A stretch of 64,000 bases of DNA from a virus (Duplodnaviria; Caudoviricetes). The DNA lies in the IMG/VR virus record IMGVR_UViG_3300033463_000027, positions 32,001 through 96,000 of that record; one strand, given 5' to 3'. The notes under the pieces are model-generated. The model searched no databases. It was not told where the DNA came from and saw nothing but the letters and a program-made list of their open reading frames with translations. Positions 60,778-64,000 of the stretch are shown one piece after another (within the stretch, counting starts at the first letter, position 1; the number at the start of each line of letters is the position of its first letter). Position numbers and translations under genes: made by a program.

Positions 60778-60966
60778 ATGCGTGACCTAAATAGAATAGA
60801 CGTAATTTGCGATCTGCTTAGAGAAGTATGGAAAGAAGTTCCTGATTGGAGATTGGGACAGTTAATTTTCAATCTCACCGGTAGGTACGATTGCTTTTAT
60901 GTAGAAGATGATGTATTGGAAGAAGCGTTAAGAATAAATTTGCAAAAAGAAAGTGATAGCAAATGA
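60778..60966 (+). CDS. YihD/DUF1040-like protein
   Basis: MRDLNRID...W..PDWRLGQL...FYVEDD. Confidence 0.65.
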   Translation: MRDLNRIDVICDLLREVWKEVPDWRLGQLIFNLTGRYDCFYVEDDVLEEALRINLQKESDSK

Positions 60967-61117
60967 AAATTTTATGCGTAATAATCACCTTGCTAATAGA
61001 AAAAATATTCGGACTTGTATTAGCGATGTGTGATAAGGAATAACTCATACAGGCTACTTGTAGAAAAATAAACGAGTAGCCTTTTACATATAAACTATAA
61101 GAAAGGAATTATTAGGT

Positions 61118-62113
61118 ATGTCAAACATAATTATCAGACAAGGTAGAAACGCCATTCAACAAAGTGCTGTCAATGACCATACTATGAGCAGAAATGCAAG
61201 GGGTATGCTCATGGACTTACTCTTCATGGACAGTGAAGCAAGTGTGAGATCACTTACAGATATGTCCAGTGATGGACAAGCAAAGGTTACTTCTGCTTTA
61301 AAAGAGTTAGAGGACAAAGGTTATCTTATTCGTGAAAGAACAAGAGTGAATGGTAAGCTATCCAAGTATAATTATGTTTTAACTATGCCTAACAGTTCTG
61401 ATACCACATCTGATTCTGCAAGGGATTTATTCATTGAAAGTCTTGAACAGCCTGTATGTGATACGGTAGAATCTCATATAGCTATATCTGACATAGGTAA
61501 TTCTAATGAAGAAATCCCTTGTGTGATAAACCATGACAAGGCTAAAACCACGGTAAATCAAGGCTTTTCGGAGTGTCAGTATGCTTATTCAAGCTATGAT
61601 CTGATAGATAAGAATATAAATAATAATAATATATATTTATCTAATCAATCATCAAATCCATCTTCTGTTAAATCTCAGATAGGTTATGATACTCTTGTCA
61701 ATGAAGTGGACAAGCAGGATATAGAATTGGTAGATATGATGGTCGCTATCATATCCGAAGTGTATAGCTCTCAGAGCGCATGGACAAGAGTGTCAGGGCA
61801 AAGTATGTCTACTCGGAAGGTTGTAACACAGTTCATAAAACTTGGAAAGGAAGATTTACTCTATGTCGTAGAATGTATGAATAAGACCAACACTTTAATT
61901 AGGTCTATAAAACCCTATCTTGTCACAAGCCTTTACAATGCTGCTATAACGCAGGAGTCTCGCAAGTCAGCAGCCAAATTTAACAGACGCGAGAGAAAAC
62001 GTGACTGTTGTGATAGTTACTATGATAATTACGGAGAACATAGCTCGTTCTCTATCGACAAGTTCTATGAGATAGCAAATGGGTATGACCCTTTGCACAT
62101 TACTTTTTCATGA
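61118..62113 (+). CDS. HTH replication-initiator-like protein
   Basis: SRNARG...LKELEDKGYL.R N-terminus; IKPYLVTSLYNA C-terminus. Confidence 0.7.
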   Translation: MSNIIIRQGRNAIQQSAVNDHTMSRNARGMLMDLLFMDSEASVRSLTDMSSDGQAKVTSALKELEDKGYLIRERTRVNGKLSKYNYVLTMPNSSDTTSDSARDLFIESLEQPVCDTVESHIAISDIGNSNEEIPCVINHDKAKTTVNQGFSECQYAYSSYDLIDKNINNNNIYLSNQSSNPSSVKSQIGYDTLVNEVDKQDIELVDMMVAIISEVYSSQSAWTRVSGQSMSTRKVVTQFIKLGKEDLLYVVECMNKTNTLIRSIKPYLVTSLYNAAITQESRKSAAKFNRRERKRDCCDSYYDNYGEHSSFSIDKFYEIANGYDPLHITFS

Positions 62114-62203
62114 CAAGAAAATAGCAGAAGTATAGAAACTTCTGCTATGATTGTTGGTATTATCTTTGTATTGCAGATTTGAGGGCGAGGGTGTATAATA
62201 TAA

Positions 62204-62707
62204 TCAGATCGGAATTAAGCTATCTTGAATTTCATAAGCACATTGTTCTAATTTTTGGAAATCGCAACATCTGTGAGCCAAAGATGTGTCATTAACATTG
62301 GTAAGCTTATGGTTATAAACAATAATAGCGTTTTGAATAATCTTATTCGATAGTTTACGGATAATTCGATATTCATTTTGTAAAAGGCTATAATAACCTT
62401 TATCTGTTTTATTAATTTCAGAAAAATCAACATAGTGATATACTCCATCAATCACTGGAATCATGTTGTTTAGATTTACCGAACCATAATGTCCTATGTG
62501 AATATGATCCAACATTTCAGGAAGTTGTTTGTGTTCCTTGAAAGATGTAAGATTTACAAAATATTTTAGATCATTTACTTTAAAGAGGATGCCAAGATAT
62601 TTTCGAGGATAAATTCTTGATTTAATTTTGGGGTCAGCGACTTTATTGTCAACAGCTTTGAGTTTGAGAATATAGTCATCATCAATCTCGAACATTTTTA
62701 AGCTCAT
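62204..62707 (-). CDS. toxN: Type III toxin (ToxN/AbiQ family)
   Basis: YILKLK..DNKV...RKYLGI...YFVNLTS...NLNNMIPV...CCDFQKLE. Confidence 0.85.
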   Translation of the reverse strand: MSLKMFEIDDDYILKLKAVDNKVADPKIKSRIYPRKYLGILFKVNDLKYFVNLTSFKEHKQLPEMLDHIHIGHYGSVNLNNMIPVIDGVYHYVDFSEINKTDKGYYSLLQNEYRIIRKLSNKIIQNAIIVYNHKLTNVNDTSLAHRCCDFQKLEQCAYEIQDSLIPI

Positions 62708-62720
62708 GATAACACTTCCT

Positions 62721-62753
62721 AAAAAGAATGGGCTGTATTGCACAGCCCACTTC
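62721..62753 (-). terminator. Terminator between antitoxin repeats and toxin
   Basis: GAAGTGGGCTGT-GCAAT-ACAGCCCATTC-TTTTT. Confidence 0.8.
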
Positions 62754-62756
62754 TAA

Positions 62757-62826
62757 AGTTCTCATTTAAGGGTCGAGATATACCCACTTTATGCAGTTCT
62801 CATTTAAGGGTCGAGATATACCCACT
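62757..62826 (-). ncRNA. toxI: ToxI-like antitoxin RNA, about 2 x 38-nt repeats
   Basis: AGTGGGTATATCTCGACCCTTAAATGAGAACT x2; pseudoknot GGGT/ACCC + TCTC/GAGA; promoter TTGACA(62883)-17-TATAAT. Confidence 0.85.
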
Positions 62827-63057
62827 AAGGATAAAGTTTCCTTTATCCACTATTATTATATCACATTGATTAAAGTTTGTCAATATGTTTTTATAAAGTT
62901 TACAATTTGTTCATATCTGATTTCTTTTACCCTATAAACTAAAAAGCAGAAGCGTAACAACTTCTGCCTTGTTCTTTACCATAATGTTTGTATTGAAAAT
63001 CAGAGTAAGAGAATGTATAATAATATCAAGATAAAGAACATAGGGCAAAGCCCAAAA

Positions 63058-63282
63058 CTATTCTTGATTATTTGCGTTATCGGGTATGTATTCAAGAATG
63101 TCACCGGGTTGACATTCAAGGAGCTTGCATATTGTTTCGATGTTCTCCCATGAAACAGGCAAAACATTTCGGAGTTTTTGCACTGTTGATTCACTTAATA
63201 ACTTTTCTTTTCTGATTGTATAGGTTGAATAACCTTTATTTCGTAATTCGTTTAAAACATCTATTTTGAATTTCATTGACAT
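63058..63282 (-). CDS. Cro/C1-type HTH regulator
   Basis: LSESTVQKLR...IETICKLLECQPGDILEY. Confidence 0.85.
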   Translation of the reverse strand: MSMKFKIDVLNELRNKGYSTYTIRKEKLLSESTVQKLRNVLPVSWENIETICKLLECQPGDILEYIPDNANNQE

Positions 63283-63452
63283 AGAATCACCTTAATTCAA
63301 AGAGAAAAGAGGGTTTCCGAAGAATCCCTCTCGTCCCTTTAACACTACCCTACACACATTGTTAGGGTTTCTCTAAGCATTGTTGTATCATTATCTCTTT
63401 CGTAAAAGAGATTTATCTTGCATCTTTAGTATAACATATAGTTTAAGATTTG

Positions 63453-64000
63453 TCAAGGGGTTTTGGAAATTTTCTTTTTTAATTCTTCAAAGTTGTTGAC
63501 ATTGAAATACTTAAATACACAATTGAGTTGTAAAATTAAATCTGTTTGTCTATTAAACATACGCTTGATTTTTAAATCTTGGTTTTGACATTTAGTATTT
63601 AGATATTGAAACTTAGAAATTAAGCCAGTTTGAAAAAGAAGTTGATTATCAATCTGATCCATCACTGATTTTGGAAGTGGATTAGGAAGGATTTTCTTAT
63701 CTAAACGAACTTTGTCAATGGTTAAAATATTAGATATATTAGCTTTACCATCTAAAATTATATTTCCTTGTTGATTTTTATATATACCAATAGGAATAAG
63801 GCAAGAATAATTTCTACTGCTATGAGTGATTGGGCAAACAATTGTATTAGAAGAACGAATATTAACCTTATCGTTTTGAATTATTACACAAGGTCTTGGG
63901 GTTGTTTTGCGAATTTCTGTTCCAATATTATATCCCAAATGACACCAATATACTTCACCTCGCCTTACAGAACGCTTATGGGCGTGTGTAGTATATGCTT
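63453..64000 (-). CDS. PemK/MazF-family toxin (5' end beyond window)
   Basis: RRGEVYWCHLGYNIGTEIRK..RPCVIIQND...IVCPIT. Confidence 0.8.
   Translation of the reverse strand, partial: AYTTHAHKRSVRRGEVYWCHLGYNIGTEIRKTTPRPCVIIQNDKVNIRSSNTIVCPITHSSRNYSCLIPIGIYKNQQGNIILDGKANISNILTIDKVRLDKKILPNPLPKSVMDQIDNQLLFQTGLISKFQYLNTKCQNQDLKIKRMFNRQTDLILQLNCVFKYFNVNNFEELKKKISKTP

Noticed and set aside
62708-62743. Upstream start of ToxN ORF
   Set aside because: Lies in the terminator hairpin; the RBS supports ATG at 62707.

Overview
A 64-kb segment of a large, AT-rich tailed phage or prophage of Firmicutes (probably Clostridia) with SPbeta-like organisation. No host genes are evident. Left arm (1-35 kb, minus strand): YonO-type single-subunit RNA polymerase, ClpP, PIN-PhoH, antirepressor and a tRNA, then terminase, portal, protease/scaffold, capsid, head-tail, tail-tube and tape-measure genes. 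Both the terminase and tape-measure genes are interrupted by group I introns. The 1.87-kb tape-measure intron carries antisense cargo genes with their own promoters. A ~2-kb non-coding, skew-switching region (35-37 kb) separates the arms. Right arm (38-62 kb, plus strand): many small early genes interspersed with structured RNAs (a ROOL-like candidate, a hammerhead ribozyme, a 5-copy pseudoknot/hairpin element), plus a beta-clamp homolog, an IscB/omegaRNA element and a tyrosine recombinase. Type III (ToxIN/AbiQ) and MazF toxins lie at the right end. The most striking locus is 56359-57878: a solo RAMP/Cas7-like gene followed by a 433-nt array of 74 GTT-NN pentamers, cut into six units by a 9-nt GTATTATAA delimiter, then a winged-helix gene. 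This is a candidate non-CRISPR RNA-guided system. All calls were made by eye; no database searches were run.
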